A stretch of 64,000 nt of DNA from Candidatus Nomurabacteria bacterium RIFCSPHIGHO2_01_FULL_37_25 (lineage in GTDB: Bacteria; Patescibacteriota; Minisyncoccia; Phycocordibacterales; UBA9973), in assembly GCA_001786765.1 (NCBI GenBank), contig MFTH01000016.1, positions 21,666 to 85,665 of the forward strand. Reading direction: 5' to 3'. The position numbers were made by a program, and so were the translations under genes. A model generated the notes under the pieces. The model did no database searches. It was not told the DNA's origin and saw nothing but the letters and a program-made list of their open reading frames with translations. Positions 1 to 7,822 of the stretch are shown here, one piece after another (the first letter of the stretch is position 1; each line of letters begins with the position of its first letter).

Positions 1-1519
1 CATGCAGATATACAGTATGAAATGGGGCTTTTTGAGCTAAATAAAGTCCAAATATAACCATGCGAGGCACCCACTTGAATATCAAATCATGTCCAGTCTC
101 CATCACATCTGTAGGATAATATTTTTTAAAATCTTCATGTTTTGGAAAACCTGTTGTCATAAGTGGCCATTGACCAGAAGAAAACCATGTGTCGAAAGTA
201 TCAGGATCTTTTGTCCAACCTTCACCATTTGGCTTTTCTTTACTTACTTTAAACTCTTCGCCTTTAAACCATGCAGGTATAGGTATGCCCCAAACTATTT
301 GCCGTGAGATGTTCCAGTCTATACTGTTTTCCATCCAATATCTGAAAATCTTTTCATAATTATCTGGAATAAATTTAATTTCACCTCTGTTCACTGAATT
401 GAGCGCGAGTTTAGTAAGGGGAGCCATCTTTACAAACCATTGGTCTTTTATCTGGGGTTCAATCACAGTACCACACTTGTAACATTTTTTGATTACGTTT
501 TGGTATTTTTCATCTATTTTAATCAGCAATCCTTTAGCTTTTAGTTTTTCTACAATCTTTGCTCGGGCGTCTTTGATATTCATTCCCGCAAATTCGTTAG
601 CTATTCCTAGCAACTTGCCTCGCCAGTCAATAATTTGTTCGGTGTCTAGGTCGTGCCTCTTTGCAATTTCAAAATCTATTTGCGAGTGCCACGGTGTGAT
701 GGTCATTACTCCAGTGCCGAATTCCATATCTATCGCCTCGTCTTTTATGATAGTTGCTTCTATTGGTCCATTTATCCATTCTAGTTTTATTTTTTGTCCG
801 TGTTTATATTCAGCATATCTTTTGTCATCCGGATGCATCACTACATATTTATCTCCAAATTTTGTTTCAGGCCGGACAGTAGCAATAGAGAAAGGGCCGT
901 ATTTTAAATAAAAAAGAGGTGACAATTCTTCAGAAGATTCAGTTTCTACTTCAGAGAGTGAAGTTTGATGTTTATAACACCAGTTTATGGCGCGTTTGCC
1001 ACGGTAGATTATTTTGTCGTTATACATTTTTACAAAAGTGTCTTGAGTTTTTTCCACCACATCAGGATCGAGAGTAAACTTTTCTCGCGACCAATCGCAA
1101 GATGCTCCGAGCGACCTGACTTGAGTTTCCATATTTTTTTTATTCAGTAAGGTAAAATCCAAGATTTCTTTATATAAATCATTTGGGTCCATGCCAAAAC
1201 GCGAGCGACCTTCTTTTTCTAGTTTTTTTTCATATACTACTTGAGTTTCAAATCCAGCATGATCTGCGCCAGGCAACCAAAGGGTTTTGAAGCCTGCCAT
1301 TCTTTTATACCTGATCATAATGTCTTCAAGTGTGATAAAAAGGGTGTGTCCAGCGTGCAAGTCTCCATTTGCGTTTGGCGGAGGCATGACGATAGTGAAA
1401 GATTTATGCCTTTCATCTGGTAAATTGTCCGGGTTAAAAAAACCGCTATCTTCCCATAGCTTGTAAATTCTTTCTTCTGTTTCTTTTGGGTTATAGGGCT
1501 TGAGTAATTTCTCTTCCAT
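1..1519 (-). CDS. valS: valyl-tRNA synthetase, N-terminal ~506 aa (C-terminus lies beyond window start)
   Basis: Minus-strand translation from ATG (complement of 1517-1519) reads MEEKLLKPYNPKETEERIYKLWEDSGFFNP...FTIVMPPPNANGDLHAGH...KMSKS-less N-terminal half, colinear with ValRS (PPPN.TG.LH.GH HIGH region). The frame stays open to position 1. It is absent from the ORF track only because there is no stop within the window. Confidence 0.85.
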   Translation of the reverse strand, partial: MEEKLLKPYNPKETEERIYKLWEDSGFFNPDNLPDERHKSFTIVMPPPNANGDLHAGHTLFITLEDIMIRYKRMAGFKTLWLPGADHAGFETQVVYEKKLEKEGRSRFGMDPNDLYKEILDFTLLNKKNMETQVRSLGASCDWSREKFTLDPDVVEKTQDTFVKMYNDKIIYRGKRAINWCYKHQTSLSEVETESSEELSPLFYLKYGPFSIATVRPETKFGDKYVVMHPDDKRYAEYKHGQKIKLEWINGPIEATIIKDEAIDMEFGTGVMTITPWHSQIDFEIAKRHDLDTEQIIDWRGKLLGIANEFAGMNIKDARAKIVEKLKAKGLLIKIDEKYQNVIKKCYKCGTVIEPQIKDQWFVKMAPLTKLALNSVNRGEIKFIPDNYEKIFRYWMENSIDWNISRQIVWGIPIPAWFKGEEFKVSKEKPNGEGWTKDPDTFDTWFSSGQWPLMTTGFPKHEDFKKYYPTDVMETGHDLIFKWVPRMVIFGLYLAQKAPFHTVYLH

Positions 1520-1560
1520 AACTCAATAATATCACACCCTCCTTGACTCTGCGAGACAGG

Positions 1561-2826
1561 CTAAAGTCTTAGATTGCCAGTTGCTTTGATGCTCTGTGGG
1601 TTTGGAGGAAACTTTCCCTGCCTGCCGGCAGGCAGGTTTTTGTTTTTTATATAATTCAAATATCCGGCGATGCCGATCATCAGAGAATTATCTCCCGCAA
1701 GTCCTTTCGCGGGGAATAGAATTTTGATTTTTTTGCCTGCAATTTTTTTCATTTCTCTTTGCAGATGTGTATTGCAAGCCACTCCGCCACCGACTATCAG
1801 GGTTTTTACGTTATATTTTTCTATAGCTTTTTTTGTTTTATACACAAGACATTCAATCGCGGCGTTTTCAAACTCCAGAGCTATTTCACTTTTTATTTTG
1901 TCGTCTACTTTTCCATCTGGCGCAATTTTTCTGATTAAATAGAGAACAGCTGTTTTTAATCCAGAAAAAGAAAAATTAAAATCTTTACTGTGAAGCATAG
2001 GGCGGGGGAGAGAAAAACTAGAGCTTTGCGAGAGGGAAGCATTGCGCAGGCCGACGGGCCGAGCATAGTAATCCCGCACCAGTGGGATATACGTGCTGAG
2101 TCCTCGCAAAGTTCTGGTTTTTCTCGTTTTCAAGAGTATGTTTCTTTGAAGTTCTGCTAATTTTGAGATCTCTGGCCCACCGGGGTAGGGAAGGTCAAGC
2201 ATTCTAGCTACTTTATCAAAAGCCTCGCCGACGGCATCGTCTAAACTTTCACCGATTATTTCATATTGCATCCATTTTTTTATTAATATGAGCTGTGTGT
2301 GTCCACCAGAAACCAAAAGCGCTAGTATTGGAAATTTTATTTTTGCTTGCCCGCCAGAGCCTTGGTGACGGAGGGGAATTTTAAATTTTCCCTTATTTTT
2401 TCCAAACACTGAAAGTGTGTGTCCTTCCATATGATTTACTGGGATTAAAGGCACGCCCCATTTTTGGGCTAAATTTTTCGCAAATAAAATACCTTCCCAA
2501 AGACACATTTCTAACCCCGGACCATAGGTAACGGCTATCAAATCCAACGGAGATTTTATGTTAACATTTTCTGCTATCGCTGAGTTTGTTAATATTGGTT
2601 TTATTTTAGCTTGCTTCAATGCTACTTCTAGTAAAATTGGCAGATTCTTAGCATGTTCTCGTTTTGCAAGCACAGGGTAGACTCCGCCATAAGGAATATG
2701 TATTTTTATCTGAGAATTTGAATTATTTGCCAAGACTTCAAAAGAAGCATTTGAAGCGCCTCCATTTGCTTTCATGATGCTTATAGCCGTGTCGTCGCAA
2801 CTTGTTTCAATGCTTAAAATTTTCAT
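1561..2826 (-). CDS. tsaD: tRNA N6-adenosine threonylcarbamoyltransferase TsaD (Kae1/YgjD family) with internal ~50-aa insertion and C-terminal extension
   Basis: MKILSIETSCDDTAISI..., metal-binding NHMEGH, GDNSLMIG near the C-terminus. It is 421 aa versus ~340 typical. The extra segment falls between ISKLAEL and FSLPRPM. Confidence 0.85.
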   Translation of the reverse strand: MKILSIETSCDDTAISIMKANGGASNASFEVLANNSNSQIKIHIPYGGVYPVLAKREHAKNLPILLEVALKQAKIKPILTNSAIAENVNIKSPLDLIAVTYGPGLEMCLWEGILFAKNLAQKWGVPLIPVNHMEGHTLSVFGKNKGKFKIPLRHQGSGGQAKIKFPILALLVSGGHTQLILIKKWMQYEIIGESLDDAVGEAFDKVARMLDLPYPGGPEISKLAELQRNILLKTRKTRTLRGLSTYIPLVRDYYARPVGLRNASLSQSSSFSLPRPMLHSKDFNFSFSGLKTAVLYLIRKIAPDGKVDDKIKSEIALEFENAAIECLVYKTKKAIEKYNVKTLIVGGGVACNTHLQREMKKIAGKKIKILFPAKGLAGDNSLMIGIAGYLNYIKNKNLPAGRQGKFPPNPQSIKATGNLRL

Positions 2827-2836
2827 AGGATTATTC

Positions 2837-2911
2837 TGGTGCGCGGTGAGGGGATTGAACCCCCGGCCTACTCTACGTCAAAGAGTCGCTCTACCACTGA
2901 GCTAACCGCGC
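2837..2911 (-). tRNA. tRNA-Val (anticodon GAC), CCA encoded
   Basis: Reverse complement GCGCGGTTAGCTCAGTGGTAGAGCGACTCTTTGACGTAGAGTAGGCCGGGGGTTCAATCCCCTCACCGCGCACCA. Acceptor 7 bp, D and T arms present, anticodon loop TTGACGT. Confidence 0.8.
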
Positions 2912-3065
2912 AGATTTTCTTTATAACATTTTTACATATTTTTTCCAATAGTTCGAATGGTCTCACTAAAATTCTAGATTCAATGTGTTAATGGTGTTAA
3001 TGCAACAAATTCACTACACTCCCACTATACTTATAACTCTGCTATCGCTTGTTTGTAAGTATTTA

Positions 3066-3074
3066 TGATATAAT
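3066..3074 (+). promoter_or_regulatory. extended -10 promoter element (TGaTATAAT) 7 nt upstream of the ATG at 3081; leaderless transcript likely
   Basis: atgaTATAATctgtgaATG. Same architecture as the promoter at 6873-6881. Confidence 0.4.
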
Positions 3075-3080
3075 CTGTGA

Positions 3081-3566
3081 ATGGGACTTATGTATGAAAT
3101 TCTAAAAGAGCTAAGTAGCCAATCTTTTTATTATAAAGGGGTACAGGTTAATTTATTTGGACTCCCAAAATTTAAAGATTATTCGCGGAATAGTATAAGC
3201 GGTTCTCTCTCTTATATGCATAAAAAAGGTTTTTTAGAATATGATGACGAAAAAATAAAAATTACTCATGAAGGTCGAAAATATATAACAAGAAAATTCG
3301 ATTCATTAAAACAATTTAATTTCAAATTTGGAAAAGATGCGCCCAAAAATCTTATAGTTATGTTTGATATTCCGGAGACTAGAAAAGCCGAAAGAGAATG
3401 GTTACGTTGGCATCTAAAAAAATTTAATTACTTGATGATTCAAAAGAGCGTGTGGGTCGGGCCGTCACCACTACCTAAAGAATTTTTAGATTATGTAAAA
3501 AGTATAGGTATAAAGGATGGATTAAAAACCTTCAAACTAGCCAAAGGCTACGTATTTGAAAAATAA
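3081..3566 (+). CDS. small wHTH + PaaX-C/Cas2-fold domain protein (PaaX-family-like putative regulator)
   Basis: 161 aa. The C-terminal LIVMFDIPETRKAEREWLRWHLKKFNYLMIQKSVWVG resembles the PaaX C-terminal / Cas2-like motif (hhhFDIPE...R..LR..L...GF..LQ.SVW). The N-terminus looks like a winged helix. Confidence 0.45.
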   Translation: MGLMYEILKELSSQSFYYKGVQVNLFGLPKFKDYSRNSISGSLSYMHKKGFLEYDDEKIKITHEGRKYITRKFDSLKQFNFKFGKDAPKNLIVMFDIPETRKAEREWLRWHLKKFNYLMIQKSVWVGPSPLPKEFLDYVKSIGIKDGLKTFKLAKGYVFEK

Positions 3567-3681
3567 CAAATACTTATATTTCTGCTATCGCAGAGTTCTA
3601 AGTATTTGTTAGTGTTTGTTATTTGTTTAGGTTAACTATTTTATCTTAAGATTATATTTTAAGATTATATCTTAAAATTAA

Positions 3682-4932
3682 CTATAATATTTTCTCTTTA
3701 ATTCTCTCAAGGGCGAGGATGAATGCGCCCATGCGCAGAGAAGTTTTTGTTTTTTTTGTTTTTTCTAACATTTTTTTAGAGGCGCCTTTCATAATTTTAT
3801 TTAATTTTTCAAAAACCTTTTCTTCACTCCAATGTTTATTTTTCAAATTTTGGTCCCATTCAAAATACGAAACTACAACTCCTCCGGAATTCGCAAGTAT
3901 ATCTGGCACAACCGGAATATCTTTTTTAAATAAAATTTCATCTGCCTCGGGCGTCGTAGGACCGTTGGCAAGTTCTAAGATAGCTTTAGCTTTTATTTTT
4001 CCAGCATTTTTCTCAGTTATAACATTTTCAAAAGCGGCTGGGATTAGAAGGTCACAGGGGAGTTCGAGTAATTCTGCATTTGTAATATTTTTAGCTCCTG
4101 GAAAATTTTTAAAGCTACCAGTCTTTTTCTTATAATTTTCAACACCTTCTAAATCTAATCCATTTTTGTTAAATATTGCGCTCTTAGAATCAGATACCGC
4201 TATGACTTTATGTTTATTTTCAGTAAAAATACGCGCTACATTTCCACCTACATTTCCAAAACCTTGAACCACTACTTTGCATTCTTCTGGGAGTTTGAGT
4301 TCTTTTCGAAGAGCGTCAAAAGCATAAAAACCACCTAAGCCAGTTGCTGGGCCTCTACCTTCTGAACCGCCTTTGTCTATAGGCTTACCTGTAAATGTCG
4401 CTCTTGTTTCATTGATATTTTTATTTTTAGTTATTTTTTTGTATTCATCTGCCATCCAAGCCATTATCTCTGGCGTGGTATTTACATCCGGCGCAGGCAC
4501 ATCTTTATATGGTCCCAAAATATCAGAAAGTTTTTGCACCCATCCGCGCGAAAGTTTTTCCAGTTCTCCTTTAGACAACTTTTTCGGATCAACTGTTACT
4601 CCGCCTTTACCTCCACCCATCGGAATTCCAGCTACTGCGCATTTGAGCGCCATCCAGAAAGCGAGAGCTTTTACTTCATTTATTTCAGTATCAAGATGGT
4701 ATCTGATTCCACCCTTGTATGGCCCTAGAGCGTTGTTATATTCCACTCTATATCCTTCAAAAACTCGCAAAGAACCGTCGTCCATTTTTATTGGAATCGA
4801 AATTCTTATATCGCGATCGGGTTGGCGCATTCTCTTTATAAACTCAGCGCTAAAACTTTTGTTTATTTTAGCAACTTTGTCTAGCTGTGCCATGGCGTTC
4901 TTAAATGGATTGTGCATGTTTATAGTATACAT
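3682..4932 (-). CDS. gdhA: NAD(P)-specific glutamate dehydrogenase
   Basis: 416 aa. KGGIRYH, GIPMGGGKGG, GFGNVGG dinucleotide motif. Confidence 0.9.
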   Translation of the reverse strand: MYTINMHNPFKNAMAQLDKVAKINKSFSAEFIKRMRQPDRDIRISIPIKMDDGSLRVFEGYRVEYNNALGPYKGGIRYHLDTEINEVKALAFWMALKCAVAGIPMGGGKGGVTVDPKKLSKGELEKLSRGWVQKLSDILGPYKDVPAPDVNTTPEIMAWMADEYKKITKNKNINETRATFTGKPIDKGGSEGRGPATGLGGFYAFDALRKELKLPEECKVVVQGFGNVGGNVARIFTENKHKVIAVSDSKSAIFNKNGLDLEGVENYKKKTGSFKNFPGAKNITNAELLELPCDLLIPAAFENVITEKNAGKIKAKAILELANGPTTPEADEILFKKDIPVVPDILANSGGVVVSYFEWDQNLKNKHWSEEKVFEKLNKIMKGASKKMLEKTKKTKTSLRMGAFILALERIKEKIL

Positions 4933-4938
4933 TAAAAA

Positions 4939-5697
4939 TTAAATTTCTGGTACGAATTTTTTTAAGACTTCAAATTCTTCATTAGAGTTTGCGGCGAGTG
5001 CTTCGGTCGGCTCGATATCGATAGATTCGATTTTTTCTCCTTGGTTCATAGCTATTTGTATCAAATCAGTTTGATAATATTGTTTTTGGTCATTATTTGT
5101 TTGGAGCTTCTTTAAGTTTTTCCAAAGCCAATTTGCATTAAAACAAAAAAATATTGGATTTATTTCGGTAACTTTCTTTTCTTCATCATTTGTATCTCGA
5201 AACTGAACGTCTTTGGTGATCTCATTCTTTTCGTTACGAATTATTCGGGAAAAACTATTATAGAAAACATTTCTCCAGTCTTTAAAATCCGGAAGCTTTA
5301 CTGTAGCCATGGTTATCTTTGCCCCTGATTCTAGATGTTTATTTGCTAGTTTTTGTATCGTTTCAGTAGTTATAAAAGGATGATCGCTCGGCAAAACCAT
5401 TACATTTTTTGACTTATTTTTTAGCAAACTCTCCGCAATCATTATGGCGTGTCCAGTGCCTAGCTGTTCTTCTTGGATTGCGTAATTATATTTGTCGCCA
5501 AGTTCTTGCATTATCTCCTCTCTTCTGTGTCCGACAACCACAACCGGGTTTTCGTCTATTCCAGATTTACTGATTGATTCCAGTACGTATTTTATCATTG
5601 GCTTAGCATTTAATTGCACTAAAACTTTCGGCACCTCGCCTTTCATTCGAGTGCCTTTGCCGCCAGCCAGTATTATGATTCGTATATCCTTTTGCAT
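4939..5697 (-). CDS. sugar-phosphate nucleotidyltransferase, GlmU N-terminal (uridyltransferase) domain only
   Basis: IIILAGGKGTRMKGEVPKVL, QEEQLGTGHA. It matches the GlmU pyrophosphorylase domain. There is no left-handed beta-helix acetyltransferase half (252 aa). Confidence 0.65.
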   Translation of the reverse strand: MQKDIRIIILAGGKGTRMKGEVPKVLVQLNAKPMIKYVLESISKSGIDENPVVVVGHRREEIMQELGDKYNYAIQEEQLGTGHAIMIAESLLKNKSKNVMVLPSDHPFITTETIQKLANKHLESGAKITMATVKLPDFKDWRNVFYNSFSRIIRNEKNEITKDVQFRDTNDEEKKVTEINPIFFCFNANWLWKNLKKLQTNNDQKQYYQTDLIQIAMNQGEKIESIDIEPTEALAANSNEEFEVLKKFVPEI

Positions 5698-5718
5698 GAG
5701 TAATACATAATATATCGT

Positions 5719-5862
5719 AAATTACGAAACTTGTCGAAGGCATGTCTTTTTTAGGGGGTTTCGAGGCTGTCGAGCGCTGAACTTCAAGATTTTTCAAGGC
5801 TAATTTTTATTTGAAAAATCCGTACCCTAGAAAAAGACATGCCCAGAAAGAGTTTTGTAATT
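5719..5862. repeat. family-1 structured repeat, copy A (long form: outer stem + inner stem + core 5754-5827, core forward)
   Basis: Outer inverted repeat AAATTACGAAACT / AGTTTTGTAATT. Inner inverted repeat GGCATGTCTTTTTTAGGG / CCCTAGAAAAAGACATGCC. Core is GGGGGTTTCGAGGCTGTCGAGCGCTGAACTTCAAGATTTTTCAAGG...TTGAAAAATCCGTACCC. Confidence 0.85.
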
Positions 5863-5875
5863 CAAAGTAATATAA

Positions 5876-6475
5876 TTAAACCTTGCGTTTTGCAATTTCT
5901 TTCAGCACTTTCGGAATTTTTTTAAAATCTTCTTTTAAAATTTCGCGCATAGAGCCGTCATATAAAGCCGCGGCGGGATGATAAAGAGGGAAGAAGTAGC
6001 TTGTGGATATGCCTTTGAATTTTTTAATTAAAAGTTTGCCGTGCGCTCCGGAGATTTGTAAATCTGGGAAAAAATTATTCATCGCATGCCTACCTAAAAA
6101 TATTATTAGCTTGGGCGAAATTATTTTTAGTTCCCCTAGTAGCCATTCTCGACAACTGCTTTTTTCTTCTGGCAGGGGATCGCGGTTGTTTGGAGGGCGA
6201 TATTTTACTATATTTGTAATATATATTTCACTTCTCTTTAGATTTATCAATTCCAGCATTTCGTCCAAAAATTTTCCCGCTGCTCCGACAAATGGAATTC
6301 CGAGCTTGTCTTCACTGCGACCTGGCGCTTCTCCGATAAAAATAATATCTGCATCAGGGTTGCCAACTCCCGGCACTGCTTGTGTAGCAGTCTTTTTGAG
6401 TTCGCACTGACATTCTTCCAGCCACTTCTTATTTAGGTTTTCTAACTCTAGGCTTTTATCCATAAGGTATATCAA
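5876..6475 (-). CDS. uracil-DNA glycosylase, family 4
   Basis: FIGEAPGRSED, GIPFVGAAGKFL, HPAAALY motifs. Confidence 0.8.
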   Translation of the reverse strand: MIYLMDKSLELENLNKKWLEECQCELKKTATQAVPGVGNPDADIIFIGEAPGRSEDKLGIPFVGAAGKFLDEMLELINLKRSEIYITNIVKYRPPNNRDPLPEEKSSCREWLLGELKIISPKLIIFLGRHAMNNFFPDLQISGAHGKLLIKKFKGISTSYFFPLYHPAAALYDGSMREILKEDFKKIPKVLKEIAKRKV

Positions 6476-6633
6476 TAGTATAACTTAAAAATTCTTTTGC
6501 AATTATGTATAAAAATGTTATTATATTTTCAACTTGGCTCTATCGTTTAACCAAGTTAAAATGTAGCGGACATCGGGTTTTTAAAAACCTGTAAATTGGT
6601 GAAGCTATAATTATTAAGAAAAATATAAATTAA

Positions 6634-6705
6634 GGCCCCATCGTCTAACGGTTAGGACACCGGGTTTTCAATCCGATAATCAGAGTTCGATTCTCTGTGG
6701 GGTCA
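6634..6705 (+). tRNA. tRNA-Glu (anticodon UUC)
   Basis: GGCCCCATCGTCTAACGGTTAGGACACCGGGTTTTCAATCCGATAATCAGAGTTCGATTCTCTGTGGGGTCA. Anticodon loop TTTTCAA. One C-A mismatch closes the anticodon stem. No encoded CCA. Confidence 0.8.
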
Positions 6706-6718
6706 CAAATTTTTTGAG

Positions 6719-6830
6719 AGAGCAAACTGCTTTGCTCTTGATAAAATTTGTGAAGACAGAAGCATAATTCGTCAGTAGACGAATAGCTGAGTCCGGGTCT
6801 GGAAAATTTGCTTTCGACGGAAAGCAAATT
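6719..6830 (+). promoter_or_regulatory. three consecutive perfect hairpins between tRNA-Glu and the HEPN-like gene
   Basis: AGAGCAAA-ctgc-TTTGCTCT (6719-6738). TTCGTC-agta-GACGAA (6768-6783). AATTTGCTTTC-gacg-GAAAGCAAATT (6805-6830). Confidence 0.6.
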
Positions 6831-6887
6831 ATTGTAGACCACGTGAACTCTGCACGCGAAGCGTACAGAACTTGGTATAATAAGATT

Positions 6888-7448
6888 ATGGAAGAAAAGA
6901 TGGATGAAAATATTGACAAGAGTCTTTCAAGAACCGGGAGATATGTGATTTATAGTATTTGGATACAAAGTCAACTTTCAGATTTAATCATTTTAAATAG
7001 AAATAAAGGTATTATAAATGATTTTAATAGTCAAGAAATAATCCCATCAATTTTAAGAGAGCAGAGATATATTTTTTGGGAAAAGGATTTTAGGGAAGTT
7101 AAAGAAATTTTTGAAACTGAGTTTTCTAGTTTATTAACAACTGAGGTAAAAATGGTATTAAGCTCCATTTATTATTTGAGAAATGCTATAGTTCATTCGC
7201 ATGTTTCGGTTGGTCGCAAATATTTATTATATAAACCTAAAAATGAAAAGATAGTACAAAGCATAAAAGAAACTCTAACCATAAAGAATAAAAGTGATGA
7301 AAACTTGAATGTTCCTGAAATCTTTAAAATTGATTTTTCAAAGGACTCATTATATTTTGAAAACATGCAAGTAATAAAAAATTTTGATGAAGTTTTTCTT
7401 AAAATGATTTGTGAAAAAATTGGTGTTTTTCATCCAAAAATAAGGTAA
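6888..7448 (+). CDS. HEPN-motif protein (Abi/DUF4145-like putative RNase); start uncertain
   Basis: The ORF track gives a GTG start at 6843. In-frame ATGs lie at 6888 (leaderless, 7 nt after extended -10 TGgTATAAT at 6873-6881) and 6900. The motif LSSIYYLRNAIVHSHV matches R-x4-H of HEPN domains. Confidence 0.45.
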   Translation: MEEKMDENIDKSLSRTGRYVIYSIWIQSQLSDLIILNRNKGIINDFNSQEIIPSILREQRYIFWEKDFREVKEIFETEFSSLLTTEVKMVLSSIYYLRNAIVHSHVSVGRKYLLYKPKNEKIVQSIKETLTIKNKSDENLNVPEIFKIDFSKDSLYFENMQVIKNFDEVFLKMICEKIGVFHPKIR

Positions 7449-7590
7449 CAAGCTTAACTTGTAGAATAAAATTCTTTAAAATATCTTTAGTAGATGATTT
7501 TGCTTTAATTAAAAATATACGATACGCTTTAGCGTGAGGGTATATGGGATAGCCCAAGAGGGCAGGAAGACGTATCGACAAACACAGCAA

Positions 7591-7675
7591 GGAGATGTGG
7601 CTGAGTGGTTGAAGGCACCGGTTTCGAAAACCGGCATACCGAAAGGTATCGTGAGTTCAAATCTCACCATCTCCG
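7591..7675 (+). tRNA. tRNA-Ser (anticodon CGA), long variable arm
   Basis: GGAGATGTGGCTGAGTGGTTGAAGGCACCGGTTTCGAAAACCGGCATACCGAAAGGTATCGTGAGTTCAAATCTCACCATCTCCG. Anticodon loop TTCGAAA. Followed by hairpin GGTCGC-cgaa-GCGACC at 7681-7696. Confidence 0.8.
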
Positions 7676-7710
7676 CCTTCGGTCGCCGAAGCGACCTCAT
7701 AAATTACAAA

Positions 7711-7819
7711 ACTCATAAAATATCAATTTTTTCCGGTACGGATTTTTTGAAGGTTAAAAAATCCTGAAGTTTGCTCGCCGTCGCTCGCAAAACCCCTGCA
7801 AAAATTATATTTTATGAGT
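7711..7819. repeat. family-1 structured repeat, copy B (core 7734-7796, reverse orientation, divergent 5' half)
   Basis: Flanking inverted repeat ACTCATAAAATAT / ATATTTTATGAGT. Core is CGGTACGGATTTTTTGAAGGTTAAAAAATCCTGAAGTTTGCTCGCCGTCGCTCGCAAAACCCC. Confidence 0.8.
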
Positions 7820-7822
7820 TTC

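Noticed and set aside
89-1423. Plus-strand ORFs 89..307, 489..911, 965..1150, 1241..1423
   Set aside because: They lie antisense to the continuous valS reading frame (minus strand, open from 1519 to position 1) and have no start context. They are spurious.
1617-1648. Perfect 20-bp palindrome CCTGCCTGCCGGCAGGCAGG plus T-run as a rho-independent terminator
   Set aside because: It lies inside the tsaD reading frame (minus strand), and the T-run is on the plus strand where no upstream plus-strand gene exists. It is treated as a hairpin element captured in coding sequence, not as a functional terminator feature.
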